Origin: an uncultured Candidatus Saccharibacteria bacterium
GTDB lineage: Bacteria > Patescibacteriota > Minisyncoccia > Phycocordibacterales > DATDWN01
Assembly: GCA_964596875.1 (NCBI GenBank)
Contig: CAZQVT010000001.1
Coordinates: 175,161 to 239,160 of the forward strand
DNA length: 64,000 bases
Direction of reading: 5' to 3'
Of the stretch, positions 46,154-56,543 are shown piece by piece. Numbering within the stretch: the stretch's first letter is position 1; the number at the start of each line of letters is the position of its first letter. The notes under the pieces are model-generated. The model did not search any database, was not told the DNA's origin, and saw nothing but the letters and a program-made list of their open reading frames with translations. A program made the translations under genes and the position numbers.

Positions 46154-47350
46154 TTAGTTAAAAACTTTTTTGAAAAACAGCGCGATTAGAACTATAAACT
46201 CATCCAACAAAAAGCCAGATTCATTTGTATAAAATGTGGAGGTCTTTTCTAGGTTGATATGTTCAAGTTTAAGATTTCTTCTAAAAATATTAGTTGTGTC
46301 AGTTTTTGGTATAGAAAGAAAATCTATATACATTTGTGCGACATCATTTTCAGCCGTTAAAAACATTTTACTAGGTAGATTCATGTCTGGAGAAAGTTCA
46401 GTTAGGGCGTTCTCTATATAAACTGCCCACTCACTTTCAACAGCCACAATAATATCTGCCATTTTTTTACCAGTTTCATCTTCTAGTTTTTTAGACAAGT
46501 ATAGTCTAAGAGTTGACTCGGCTATTTCGGTTGAAACGCCGAAACTTTTTGCTATCTGCCTTATAATAAAGTTTCTCCCAGACGGAATAGTTACAGTATC
46601 TGTAATAATATCCCCCCTTACCAAAGTAATGTCTGTGACTTCACCCGTCACATCCATAATAATAAAGTTTTGCTCCTTTGTGAACAAATCTCTGATAACT
46701 GAAAAAGAAATAAGTGGGAACGTATTAAAAATTACATTTTCATTTGAAACATGAGTGTGCTTGTTTAAAGCCCCCAATACTTTGTTTATAAAACTATCAC
46801 TAACAACTGACATATATAAAGATGCATCAAAAGACTTTGTATTTTTACCAATAGCATTTTCTAGGGTGTAACCGTTGATTTTACTGTGTACTATACTTCT
46901 TTCTATTACTTCAAAGTCGTGACCGGAGTCCTTATTTAGTTCGCTTTTAAGAAGTTCTACTTCTTCTGTCATTATATTGTTTAAAAACGTAGGAGTTATT
47001 ACGAACTCCTTGTCTTTTTCCAGGTGGATGCTTTTTGTTTTAGAAATAAACCATGGCGAAGAAAAAGAAACTAAAATTCTGTCGAATTTTTTCTTTTTTC
47101 CTACCCAATACTTATGCTCGAGACCTTTTTGGGTCATTGTTGAGAGCATTTCCTCTAAAAGAGCATGCATTTCCGCCTCCAACTTTTCACCCTCAACTTT
47201 TTCTGAGATAAGGAAAAACTTTTTAATTACATAAATAAACCTAGGTTTCTCATTTTTAGGAAAAACTACAATGCCGCCTGTAGTGCTACCGTTTCCAATA
47301 TCAATAAGTATCACAACTTTTTCACTTTTTGAGTTTAGAAAAGAAAACAT
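46154..47350 (-). CDS. actin-like (ASKHA) ATPase, PilM/FtsA-like
   Basis: phosphate-1 ILIDIGNGST and phosphate-2 IIMDVTGEVTDI motifs. Confidence 0.4.
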   Translation of the reverse strand: MFSFLNSKSEKVVILIDIGNGSTTGGIVVFPKNEKPRFIYVIKKFFLISEKVEGEKLEAEMHALLEEMLSTMTQKGLEHKYWVGKKKKFDRILVSFSSPWFISKTKSIHLEKDKEFVITPTFLNNIMTEEVELLKSELNKDSGHDFEVIERSIVHSKINGYTLENAIGKNTKSFDASLYMSVVSDSFINKVLGALNKHTHVSNENVIFNTFPLISFSVIRDLFTKEQNFIIMDVTGEVTDITLVRGDIITDTVTIPSGRNFIIRQIAKSFGVSTEIAESTLRLYLSKKLEDETGKKMADIIVAVESEWAVYIENALTELSPDMNLPSKMFLTAENDVAQMYIDFLSIPKTDTTNIFRRNLKLEHINLEKTSTFYTNESGFLLDEFIVLIALFFKKVFN

Positions 47351-47398
47351 GATACAAATATTCTATCACAGAGAACGATAACAAAGAAAACAGTTCGT

Positions 47399-49144
47399 CT
47401 AATTTAGTACTCCTTTTATTCTACGAACACCAGCTGATACAGCCTCCTCTTTTTGGATTTTAAATGTTCCTAGGTTTCCAATATTTTCCACATGAGGACC
47501 ACCGCAAAACTCTTTTGAAAATGCTGTGTCTAGATTCTCACCAATATAATAAACATTTACTTCATCGGGATATTTTTCGCCAAAAAAGTGCAGTGCGCCG
47601 GTTTTTTCTGCATCTTCTTTTTTCATTACAACTTTGTGCACTGGCAAAGCTTCCTTAATCTTCTCATTTACAAGATCTTCTACTTTTTGTCTTTCTTCGT
47701 CAGTTAGTTTGCGTGGAAAAGCGAAGTCAAAACGCAATCTTTCAGGAGTTATGTTACTTCCCTTTTGAGAAACCTCACCGCCTAATATATCTCGAAGTGC
47801 CTTATGCAAGAGGTGTGTGGCTGTGTGGTATTTTGTTTCCATTTCACCAGTACCAGAAAGCCCACCCTTAAACTTTTGTTCTGAACCCGCTCTAGAAAGT
47901 TCTTGGTGTTTCTCAAAGTCTTGTTTAAATTTTTCCAAATCAACATTTACCCCTCTTTCTTTTGCCAGTTCTGCCGTAAGTTCTATTGGAAAACCATAAC
48001 TAGTGAAAAGCACAAAAGCATCAGTGCCTTTTTCAAACTCCTTCATTCCAGACTCTAAAGTCTTTTCAAATTTTATTATTTCATCCTCAATAACTTTTTT
48101 TGTGTGTTCAATATCAAAACCGTATATAGAGTACAACTCATTTGAAGAAATATTTTTAGAAACCTCGATTATTTTATCTATACTTAACCCTATTTTCTTT
48201 GCGTGTATATACGCTCGCCGGAGTAGTCTTCTAAGTATATAACCTCTGTCTGTGTTTGAAGGCAAAACACCGTCGTTTATCATAAACACAGATGTTCTTA
48301 CATGATCCGCTATTATTCTTCCAGATTTATCAGTGTTTCCTATTAGATTCAAAATATAGTCAAACACATCTGTTTCAAAAACGCTTTTCTTACCCTGCAC
48401 AACAGCCACCATTCTTTCGAAACCAGCGCCAGTGTCTACATTTTTGTTTGGTAGTTCACTTACTACTTTTCCATCTTTTGATAGGTACTGCATAAAAACG
48501 TTGTTCCAAATCTCCACAACTCTTTGCTCGTCATCTGCTTTTAGGTACTCGTCTAAAGTCATTCCAGAGTTTAACTCCCCTGTAAGGTCATAGAACATTT
48601 CTGTGTCTGGGCCACAAGGGCCATTTGGACCAGCAGCCCACCAGTTCTTTTCTTTTGGTCTAAAATAAATTCTCTCGCCAGTTATATTGTTTTTAGCAAA
48701 AATTTCTTTCCAGATTTCCTCTGACTCTGTGTCTCTTGGTGCATTTTCATCTCCTTCAAAACAAGTGACATAAAGTCTTTGTGGATCAAGACCGAAACCA
48801 TAGTCTTTGTTTGTAAGTAGTTCATAACTCCAGTTTATGGATTCCTTTTTCCAGTAGTCACCTAGTGACCAGTTTCCCATCATTTCAAAAAATGTAAGGT
48901 GGGTGTTGTCCCCGACTTCGTCTATATCATTTGTTCTAACGCATTTTTGTATGTCAGCTAGCCTTTTGCCTTGAGGATGTGTTTCACCTAGCAAATAAGG
49001 TACTAAAGGTTGCATACCTGCGGTGTTAAAAAGCACAGAAGGGTCATTTTGAGGCACAAGCGAAGCCGAAGGGATAATAGAGTGCCCTCGTGTTTCGAAA
49101 AACTTTAAAAATCTCTGTCTTATTTCGTTTGATGTCATAAACAT
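47399..49144 (-). CDS. alaS: alanine--tRNA ligase (short form, lacks C-terminal C-Ala domain)
   Basis: class II AlaRS N-terminus FETRGH, FNTAGM; editing HxxxH motif HTATHLLH; 581 aa. Confidence 0.9.
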   Translation of the reverse strand: MFMTSNEIRQRFLKFFETRGHSIIPSASLVPQNDPSVLFNTAGMQPLVPYLLGETHPQGKRLADIQKCVRTNDIDEVGDNTHLTFFEMMGNWSLGDYWKKESINWSYELLTNKDYGFGLDPQRLYVTCFEGDENAPRDTESEEIWKEIFAKNNITGERIYFRPKEKNWWAAGPNGPCGPDTEMFYDLTGELNSGMTLDEYLKADDEQRVVEIWNNVFMQYLSKDGKVVSELPNKNVDTGAGFERMVAVVQGKKSVFETDVFDYILNLIGNTDKSGRIIADHVRTSVFMINDGVLPSNTDRGYILRRLLRRAYIHAKKIGLSIDKIIEVSKNISSNELYSIYGFDIEHTKKVIEDEIIKFEKTLESGMKEFEKGTDAFVLFTSYGFPIELTAELAKERGVNVDLEKFKQDFEKHQELSRAGSEQKFKGGLSGTGEMETKYHTATHLLHKALRDILGGEVSQKGSNITPERLRFDFAFPRKLTDEERQKVEDLVNEKIKEALPVHKVVMKKEDAEKTGALHFFGEKYPDEVNVYYIGENLDTAFSKEFCGGPHVENIGNLGTFKIQKEEAVSAGVRRIKGVLN

Positions 49145-49159
49145 ATATTAGCAATTAAA

Positions 49160-50947
49160 CTACTTTTTTGCAGTTTTGTTTACTATTTTTTCAAGAGTAT
49201 TTATATCTTTCTCGATTTCTTTTATCCCATTTTTCCAGAAGTCAGGATTCCTTAAGTCCAGACCAATTGCCTTAAAAGTATCCTCAGGACTTTTTGAACT
49301 GCCAGTAGAAAGGAACTGTTTGATTTTTTCTATATAGTTTTTGTCTTGTTTGTACTTAGCATATAAAACTTTACTAGTTAGTTGTCCAAACGCGTATGAG
49401 TAAACATAGAAAAAATATCGAAGATGAGGCCATCCTACAAAAAAGTATCCGTCTTTTGGTCCAAAGTTAATGTCCCCGGCATAACTTTTCATGTGCTTGT
49501 TCATGCTGTTTGCAAGTTCTTCTTTCGACATAGAACCATTTTTTCTTATTGTGTTGTGCATTTCCAACTCAAAGTTGAAACATGCTATTTGTCTAAAAAT
49601 AGTAGCTATATCGTCCTGGATTTTGTCATGCAGGGCTATTACTTTTTCCTCCTCTGACAATTTTTCAAACATTTCATAAAATAAGAAATACTCAAAAAGT
49701 GTACTTGCTACTTCTGCTGTAGACATAGAATAGCCTTCGTATATAGATGGCTGAGTTTTGGCAAACTCTGTATGTATAGCGTGACCCATTTCGTGAGCAA
49801 ATGTAGAAAGCGAGTACATATTATCCGCATGGTTTAGCATAACAAATGTTGGTGTGCCATGGTTTGGCGAACAGTATGCACCACCACGTTTGCCTACTTT
49901 TGGATATGCATCTATCTGACCATTTGTAACAAAAGTTTTCAAAATTTCAGCAAATTTTGGATCAACTTTGTTAAATATATCCTGCAAAACTTTGTACGAA
50001 GTTTCATAATCATACGAAGAGTTGGTTTTTCCAACGGAAGCCGATCTATCAGAGTAATTTAGTTTAGAAACACCCAACATTTTTGCTTTTACCTTGTAAA
50101 ACTTTTTAGATACCGCAAAGTTTTTTGTAACAACATCTACCAAACTTAGTACAGTACTTTTGTCATTTTCATATGAAAGTACTGTGGCATCATAGGCCTC
50201 CTTGAAACCACGCAATTCGTCGTCAATTTTTTTGTCTGTAACTATTGCATTCAGTTCGCTTTCAGCCATCTCTGAGATAGAAAAGTACACCTCCATTACT
50301 TTGTTTTGAAGTTCATACCTATCTTTTTGACTTGGGAGATCTTTTATAAGTGCTTCTGCCTCGGGCAAGGAAATAGTCTTGCCATTATGCTCAACAGTTC
50401 TTTTGCTTTTTATATCACCAACGGCTTTTGTCCACATACTGCTAGAAGGTAGGGACTTAAGTGAAAGTATTTTTTCTTCAGGCTCTGTTAGCAAATATCT
50501 GCTGTTTTCAAATACTTTTTTTAGATAGTAGTTGTACTTCTCTAGTTTTTTACTTTTCAAAAAAACTTTTTGTTGCTTTTGACTTACTTTTGAAAGGTTT
50601 AATTGGAAAAATAATACAGAGTTTCCAATCTTTTGTAACTTTTGTGAGACAAGGTTCATTTTAGACTTTATATCTTCGTTGAAACTGTTTATGTCTCCAG
50701 CCAAATGCAAGTAAAAATATGTTTTTGAAACAGGTAAGTCTTCAAGTGCCTCAAACTCTTTAAAAGCCTTCAGAAGCTCAACGTCGCTGGATAAGTATTT
50801 TGCATTTTTTTGGTACTTTTTAGCAAAAGCGAGATATGCTTTTTCAGCGCCATCTAGGTCCTTGTCAATTTGAGGGTCCTTAGGAGACTTGTATAGCACA
50901 GACAAATCCCACTCTTTTTTTATTTTTACATTTTCTGATTTTGCCAT
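49160..50947 (-). CDS. pepF: oligoendopeptidase F (M3B)
   Basis: HEMGH zinc motif, ~595 aa. Confidence 0.85.
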   Translation of the reverse strand: MAKSENVKIKKEWDLSVLYKSPKDPQIDKDLDGAEKAYLAFAKKYQKNAKYLSSDVELLKAFKEFEALEDLPVSKTYFYLHLAGDINSFNEDIKSKMNLVSQKLQKIGNSVLFFQLNLSKVSQKQQKVFLKSKKLEKYNYYLKKVFENSRYLLTEPEEKILSLKSLPSSSMWTKAVGDIKSKRTVEHNGKTISLPEAEALIKDLPSQKDRYELQNKVMEVYFSISEMAESELNAIVTDKKIDDELRGFKEAYDATVLSYENDKSTVLSLVDVVTKNFAVSKKFYKVKAKMLGVSKLNYSDRSASVGKTNSSYDYETSYKVLQDIFNKVDPKFAEILKTFVTNGQIDAYPKVGKRGGAYCSPNHGTPTFVMLNHADNMYSLSTFAHEMGHAIHTEFAKTQPSIYEGYSMSTAEVASTLFEYFLFYEMFEKLSEEEKVIALHDKIQDDIATIFRQIACFNFELEMHNTIRKNGSMSKEELANSMNKHMKSYAGDINFGPKDGYFFVGWPHLRYFFYVYSYAFGQLTSKVLYAKYKQDKNYIEKIKQFLSTGSSKSPEDTFKAIGLDLRNPDFWKNGIKEIEKDINTLEKIVNKTAKK

Positions 50948-50969
50948 GATTTGTAGTGAAATTTAGTTA

Positions 50970-51581
50970 TTATTTTATGTATTTGGTTAACACCTGGAAA
51001 TCCTTAAGGATAGTTTCCTTATTTGAGCCATCATACAGGGCAACGGCTGGATGGTAAAGGGGTATTATCGAAATAGGGCCGTAATTTGTTTTTGCTATAA
51101 ATTCCTTACCGTGCAACTCGCCAATAGTGCCGATTTGTTCAACAAGACCGAAATGGTTCATAACATAATCCATAGAAAATCTTCCTAGTGTTGCAATAAC
51201 CTGAGGCTGGATTATTTCTATCTGTCTGTCTAGAAATGGCGCGTACATTTTTATCTCTTCAACAGTCGGATCTCTATTTTCTTGTGGCCTATCTTTTACA
51301 ATGTTTGTTATGTAGACATCACTTCTGTTTAAATGAATGGACTCCAGCATACTATCTAAAACTTTTCCAGATTTACCACAAAAAGGTCTTCCAGTTTCTG
51401 CTTCATTTTTTCCTGGAGCCTCTCCTATAAACAATATGTGTGCAGTGTGACTTCCCTCACCTACTACAGGAAAATATTTATTCTCAATTCTGTATTCGTA
51501 TAGTGGTGATTCCTTCAGTTGCAAAAGTTCGTCTCTAATCTCTTGCATTTTTACAAACCTTTCTTCTAATGATAGTGACAT
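50970..51581 (-). CDS. uracil-DNA glycosylase family 4
   Basis: GEAPG...E...G.PF.G..G motif; start at MSLSLEE preferred. Confidence 0.8.
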   Translation of the reverse strand: MSLSLEERFVKMQEIRDELLQLKESPLYEYRIENKYFPVVGEGSHTAHILFIGEAPGKNEAETGRPFCGKSGKVLDSMLESIHLNRSDVYITNIVKDRPQENRDPTVEEIKMYAPFLDRQIEIIQPQVIATLGRFSMDYVMNHFGLVEQIGTIGELHGKEFIAKTNYGPISIIPLYHPAVALYDGSNKETILKDFQVLTKYIK

Positions 51582-51585
51582 ATTT

Positions 51586-52194
51586 TTATAGATATTTTTT
51601 CTTTCGAATAACCGAATCCTCTGGTGACCACCAGTCACTAGACTCTGTGGTCATAACAGTCCCAGCGATTTTCTTTGCTATTGGAGTTTTTAAAAGGCTT
51701 ATAGCATAATCTATTCTATCAAATGCCCTGGTGTTGCCTATATCGATTTCTTCCTTCAGAGATATTATCCACTCTAAAATGTCAGCATCTTTGACCAAAA
51801 TAGACTCCCGAGACTCTCTTTTTTCATATTCACCCAACGTATTTAGAATGTCCTTACCAAATGGAACTGAGTCAGAAATATCTTGTATAGCACTGTGTTC
51901 TTTTCTTTCTACATATTTTTGGTGAATATGGTTTAAGTCAGAAATACGAGTTTCTGAGACGTCGTGAAATAAAGCCATTTTCAAAACCTTTGACTCATCA
52001 ACATTTCCGTCTAGTTGCGAAAGTGTATATGCAATAAAAACCGTCCTACTTATATGCTCTGCTACTGACTGCTTACCTGTACCTAAAAAATGAAAACCGC
52101 TTCTTGGGGTTTTTGCGAGCATACCAACTTCGTATAAAAAGTTAGCAATATTTTTGTACTCGCTTGTGACTTTAGTTGTGCTTTTCTTTTTCAT
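51586..52194 (-). CDS. HD-domain phosphohydrolase
   Basis: H...HD...D metal-binding pattern (FHDVSE). Confidence 0.7.
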   Translation of the reverse strand: MKKKSTTKVTSEYKNIANFLYEVGMLAKTPRSGFHFLGTGKQSVAEHISRTVFIAYTLSQLDGNVDESKVLKMALFHDVSETRISDLNHIHQKYVERKEHSAIQDISDSVPFGKDILNTLGEYEKRESRESILVKDADILEWIISLKEEIDIGNTRAFDRIDYAISLLKTPIAKKIAGTVMTTESSDWWSPEDSVIRKKKYL

Positions 52195-52195
52195 A

Positions 52196-53023
52196 CTAGA
52201 GTGATTCTATTTCATCTACGACTTTTTGCGTCTTTGCAGAGTTGAAACCTAGTCCCAACAACAAATCTGGGTTAAGAAGTAAAGTTTTACAAAGCACCAC
52301 CCCCTTGTCCAACAAATATTTTTTCTCACGGCCATTTAGTGACAAAAGACATGTGAGTGGGTGAAGTTTTGACTCCAAGATCATGTCGTGAAGGTTTCCG
52401 ACGGGCGGATAGTTCCAACCTATCATTCGTAAACCTCCCTGACAAGAACCGTATTCTATGGCCGTAGAGGTAAACTTTGTGTTTGTTACAAGCCAACCTT
52501 CATCTAGTTGTCTTTCTTTACCATACCTAAATGTCATTTTTCTCAAATCATCAAAACGAGCTTTCACATATAGAGCAATTTTTAAATCAGATTTTACACC
52601 GAGTTCATTATGAAACTTTGCTTCTACCATTATTAGTTTTTCTTCATTCCACGCCACAACATCCACCTCGTGCTCCACACAAAAACCACGAACAATTTTT
52701 CCAGTTTCTGCGGTGTAACCTTTCTGTCTGAAAATCTCGGCAACAAAATCTTCGAAAGGAAAACCAGATGGCCCCAACTCCATTATCGCTCTTTTTAGGG
52801 AGTACTTTAAAGCAATAGGCTTTTCTTCTTTATGAAGTAGTTCAAAAGCGTGTTTGTAAAGTTCGTGTGTGCTAATTTCTTTCGTAAGGTGTGACTTTAT
52901 GTGTTCAATAATATCCTGAACGGACTTGCTCGATGCCCCTGCTTTTTTAAGCGAACGTTCTAGTTTTTCGACATCAAATAACTCTTTTGTTCCGTCTGCT
53001 TTTACTACGTATATAGGTCCCAT
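52196..53023 (-). CDS. ATP-cone domain fused to restriction-endonuclease-like (Mrr_cat, PD-(D/E)xK) domain
   Basis: N-terminal VVKADGTKELFDVEKL ATP-cone-like; C-terminal D...EAK nuclease-like core. Confidence 0.45.
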   Translation of the reverse strand: MGPIYVVKADGTKELFDVEKLERSLKKAGASSKSVQDIIEHIKSHLTKEISTHELYKHAFELLHKEEKPIALKYSLKRAIMELGPSGFPFEDFVAEIFRQKGYTAETGKIVRGFCVEHEVDVVAWNEEKLIMVEAKFHNELGVKSDLKIALYVKARFDDLRKMTFRYGKERQLDEGWLVTNTKFTSTAIEYGSCQGGLRMIGWNYPPVGNLHDMILESKLHPLTCLLSLNGREKKYLLDKGVVLCKTLLLNPDLLLGLGFNSAKTQKVVDEIESL

Positions 53024-53059
53024 ACAAACATTATCGCACAGAACAGTGACCAGGCAAAA

Positions 53060-54142
53060 TTAATTTGTTTTCTCTATAATTCCTCCACCTAAGCAGACTT
53101 CATCGTCATAAAATACAGCTGACTGTCCTACAGCAATAGCGCTTTGTGGTGTTTGAAACTCAATATTATATATATCTCCGTCTTTATTTATTACACACGA
53201 AACTTTTTCTTGTCTGTATCTTATCCGAACACTAGTTTTATAGGGAAACTGCATTTCCTGACCAGAACAAAAATGAAGGTTTTTGATTTCGAAACCTTTT
53301 ATATTGTTTACAGTTTCTATTTCAAGTTCTTTACTTGCAACAGTCACTGTATTTTTTTCTAAATCTTTTTTGATTACGAAAAATCTAGGATCTTCTGGAG
53401 ACTTTTTTGTTATCGTAAAGCCATGTCTTTGGCCTATAGTTAAAAACTGTGAACCTTCATGAAAACCAATAACTTCCCCGAGAGTATTTAACACATCACC
53501 TCTTTTTGCCTCTATAAAATGCGATAGAAACTCTTTTATATCGATATTTCCCATAAAGCAAAGCCCCTGGCTGTCTTTTTTAGTAGCAGTTGGTAGTTTG
53601 AAACTTTCTGCAAGCTTTCGAACTTCTGGTTTTGTTAGGTGTCCCACTGGAAACATAATGTGTTTCAGTTGGTCTTGGTTAAGAGTGTAAAGGAAATAAC
53701 TCTGGTCTTTTTCCTTGTCGACAGACTCAGTTAGATTAAACACACCATCCTTTTCAATATTTTGTGCGTAGTGACCAGTTGCGACAAAGTCAGCACCCAT
53801 TTCTTTAGCTTTGTTTAGAAACACACCAAACTTAACGTACTTGTTGCAAAAAACATCTGGGTTTGGAACTCTACCCTCTCTATACTCGCGTATCATGTAA
53901 TCCACTACCTCTTGCTTGTATTCTTTTTCACAATCTAGTGTGATAAAGGGCACATTGAGCGTTGCACAAACTCGCATTGCAGAAAGTCTTTCTTCTTTCC
54001 AGTCGCAGGGCATAAAATCTGGGTACCAAACCTTCAAAAATACGCCTGTTACATCGAAACCCTGCTCTTTTAGCAATGCCAAAGAGACGGATGAGTCCAC
54101 TCCGCCTGAAACACCCACAAAGACTTTCTTTGTTTTGTTCAT
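53060..54142 (-). CDS. mnmA: tRNA 2-thiouridine(34) synthase
   Basis: PP-loop VGVSGGVDSSV, catalytic Cys pattern. Confidence 0.9.
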   Translation of the reverse strand: MNKTKKVFVGVSGGVDSSVSLALLKEQGFDVTGVFLKVWYPDFMPCDWKEERLSAMRVCATLNVPFITLDCEKEYKQEVVDYMIREYREGRVPNPDVFCNKYVKFGVFLNKAKEMGADFVATGHYAQNIEKDGVFNLTESVDKEKDQSYFLYTLNQDQLKHIMFPVGHLTKPEVRKLAESFKLPTATKKDSQGLCFMGNIDIKEFLSHFIEAKRGDVLNTLGEVIGFHEGSQFLTIGQRHGFTITKKSPEDPRFFVIKKDLEKNTVTVASKELEIETVNNIKGFEIKNLHFCSGQEMQFPYKTSVRIRYRQEKVSCVINKDGDIYNIEFQTPQSAIAVGQSAVFYDDEVCLGGGIIEKTN

Positions 54143-54169
54143 AAGTTAAAATCTATAACACAAAAAGCA

Positions 54170-55153
54170 TTAAATGTCTAAATGTAGTCTACGGTTGGTT
54201 TTATGTTCTTCAAAATTTTTACCATAGTACATTTTGCCGTCCTGGCCAGTTAAAAAGAAAAGATACTTTGTTTTTGCTGGGTAAAGGGCTGCGACAATAG
54301 AATCCATTCCAGGGTTATTGATCGGGCTTGGTGGTAAGCCTTTATTTTTATATGTATTGTATGGAGAATCTATTTTCAAGTCGTTTAGTGTAAGTTCAAA
54401 TGTTCCCTTGCCGTTTATATACACAAAAGTCGTGTCTAGCTGCAACGGCATATCTATTTCTATTCGTTTCCAAAGTATGCCCGAAACAATATTTTTGTCC
54501 GCCTTACTTCTGGTTTCTGCTTCTATGATAGAAGCCATTGTAATTATTTCCTTTAGCGAATGCGTGGATGTCGCAATACCAGGCAACGTTTTGATTTTCG
54601 CCTCAAAGTTTTGACTCATTAAGTTTACGATTGTCTTTGGTCTTGCTGTTGAACTTATAAAATATGTGTCAGGAAAAAGATACCCCTCTTTATTCTTTGC
54701 TAGTTTTATAAATTCATCTTCATCAAAATCATTTAGTTGCTTGTTTAAACTATCGGCAATATCATAAATAGTCCATCCTTCAAAAATAGTTATCTTTCGA
54801 GTTTCCATATGAAACCTACCCTTTATAAGTCTGTATGCTATACCAACCGGCCCAGATCTTTCATCTAAAAGATAATCCCCTGCAATAACTTTTCTTTCAC
54901 CTCCTAAAATAATTACAGCACTTCTAAATACAAACTCATGTCTTATAACCCCAGATTCATGTAGATGATTCGTAATGTTTTGCAAGGACTCCCCTTGTTC
55001 GATGGTTACTACTTCGTTAAATGGAAAGTTCGAAGGTGGTCTTTGTAGGTATGCTAAAAAACTTAAAAATACAATCATTGAAGAACCAACAATATAGTAA
55101 TACTGAGTTTTCTTTGGTAGCTCTTTCCAGTTTTTATACAGTTCCTTCAGCAT
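54170..55153 (-). CDS. mltG: endolytic murein transglycosylase MltG/YceG family
   Basis: N-terminal TM + YceG-like domain. Confidence 0.75.
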   Translation of the reverse strand: MLKELYKNWKELPKKTQYYYIVGSSMIVFLSFLAYLQRPPSNFPFNEVVTIEQGESLQNITNHLHESGVIRHEFVFRSAVIILGGERKVIAGDYLLDERSGPVGIAYRLIKGRFHMETRKITIFEGWTIYDIADSLNKQLNDFDEDEFIKLAKNKEGYLFPDTYFISSTARPKTIVNLMSQNFEAKIKTLPGIATSTHSLKEIITMASIIEAETRSKADKNIVSGILWKRIEIDMPLQLDTTFVYINGKGTFELTLNDLKIDSPYNTYKNKGLPPSPINNPGMDSIVAALYPAKTKYLFFLTGQDGKMYYGKNFEEHKTNRRLHLDI

Positions 55154-55170
55154 GTAGTTTATTATCTAGT

Positions 55171-56481
55171 TTATACAGGAAGATTTGAAGGAGCCTCAGC
55201 TTTCTTAGACTCAATTCTGTTAACAGTAGGAGTAGTAGATACGACACCAGGAAAGTGAAAAAGTGTTGCCAACTCTTCAGTGTTTAGAATAAAATGTGGA
55301 CTCTGGTATGGAGCGTAATAGTAAGCACGTCTTTTAAACGCATCCAACAGATCTTGTTTCTCTTCGTTTCGTTTCTTATCGCTTCTTTTTTTCCATGCTA
55401 GAAACACATTACTGTACCTTTCGTCAGACCCTCGTGCAGGTTTGAAACCATTTAGACTAGAGTTAAAGTGAGTTATACCCCCAACTATACCTCCTAGGTT
55501 AGAAGGGTCAAATACATCGTTTGGAGCAAAATATATTGCACGAATACCCACATCGAAGCCACTTTTAGAAATACTTCGACTCAGTGCATTTATGGTTTCC
55601 TTTTCTACATCTGTAAGTTGTCTACCAGTACCAGGAATAAGTTTGCCCTCCTTGTCTTTTTCACCTTTTGTACCAGCGATTATCTTTTCTATTTGCTCCC
55701 TTGCTGCCTCTTTCCAACGCAAATCTTTTTTCTCCCATCTATCCCAAATGTCTTTTGGTCGAAATGTCTCCCATATTTTTGCATTACTCCAGGTTTTGCC
55801 TGGATCTTTTTCTTCAGCTTTGTGTGACCTCACTATGATTTGAATCCAGACTTGATGTCTAGAGTCAAGGTTACCCAAAAACTCTATAAGTGGTGTCATT
55901 GGATCTATTTTGTATTCTTCTTTTGGATCCTTATCCATTCCATAGTCAACATAGGTTTTAATTGGAAAAACATCATCTTTTGTTAGATCAAACTCTGTAG
56001 CCCACATTGTGATTTGTGTTGGGTCATAACTTACTGGAAGTGTGTAGTCTTCTACCACATGTATTTCTATACCTGGATATTGTGAATAAAGGTTTGCTTC
56101 AATATTTGCCTTAAATGCTTTTCTTGTCCAAACAAAAAACCTTACTTCACCATTTATAGATGCGATTTCCAGTGAAAAATGTGCTCGAACTTTTCCTTCC
56201 CAATACTTTTCAAACCAGTTTTTTTCACCAACAGTTTGATATAGAGATGCAATGAAAAACTCTGCAGCCTTTGGCGACTTATATACCTCGCGAGGAAGTT
56301 TTATTTCCAAAAGCAAATGTGTTTGTTTTGCCTGAAATTGTGCACGAACATACATAACCCACAAACTCCATGCTATATAAAGTATAATTGCCGGTATCCA
56401 AACATAAGCCGAGTAAAGTATAAACTTCAAAGTCATCTGCCCAACAGGCCCCTTGAAAAGATCTATATAGATTTGAAACAT
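55171..56481 (-). CDS. hypothetical membrane protein (436 aa)
   Basis: N-terminal TM pair, no recognised motifs. Confidence 0.4.
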   Translation of the reverse strand: MFQIYIDLFKGPVGQMTLKFILYSAYVWIPAIILYIAWSLWVMYVRAQFQAKQTHLLLEIKLPREVYKSPKAAEFFIASLYQTVGEKNWFEKYWEGKVRAHFSLEIASINGEVRFFVWTRKAFKANIEANLYSQYPGIEIHVVEDYTLPVSYDPTQITMWATEFDLTKDDVFPIKTYVDYGMDKDPKEEYKIDPMTPLIEFLGNLDSRHQVWIQIIVRSHKAEEKDPGKTWSNAKIWETFRPKDIWDRWEKKDLRWKEAAREQIEKIIAGTKGEKDKEGKLIPGTGRQLTDVEKETINALSRSISKSGFDVGIRAIYFAPNDVFDPSNLGGIVGGITHFNSSLNGFKPARGSDERYSNVFLAWKKRSDKKRNEEKQDLLDAFKRRAYYYAPYQSPHFILNTEELATLFHFPGVVSTTPTVNRIESKKAEAPSNLPV

Positions 56482-56543
56482 ATAAACAAATTATAACAAT
56501 TCGAAAAATAAAAAACCACCGATCGCTCGGTAGTTTTCTATTT

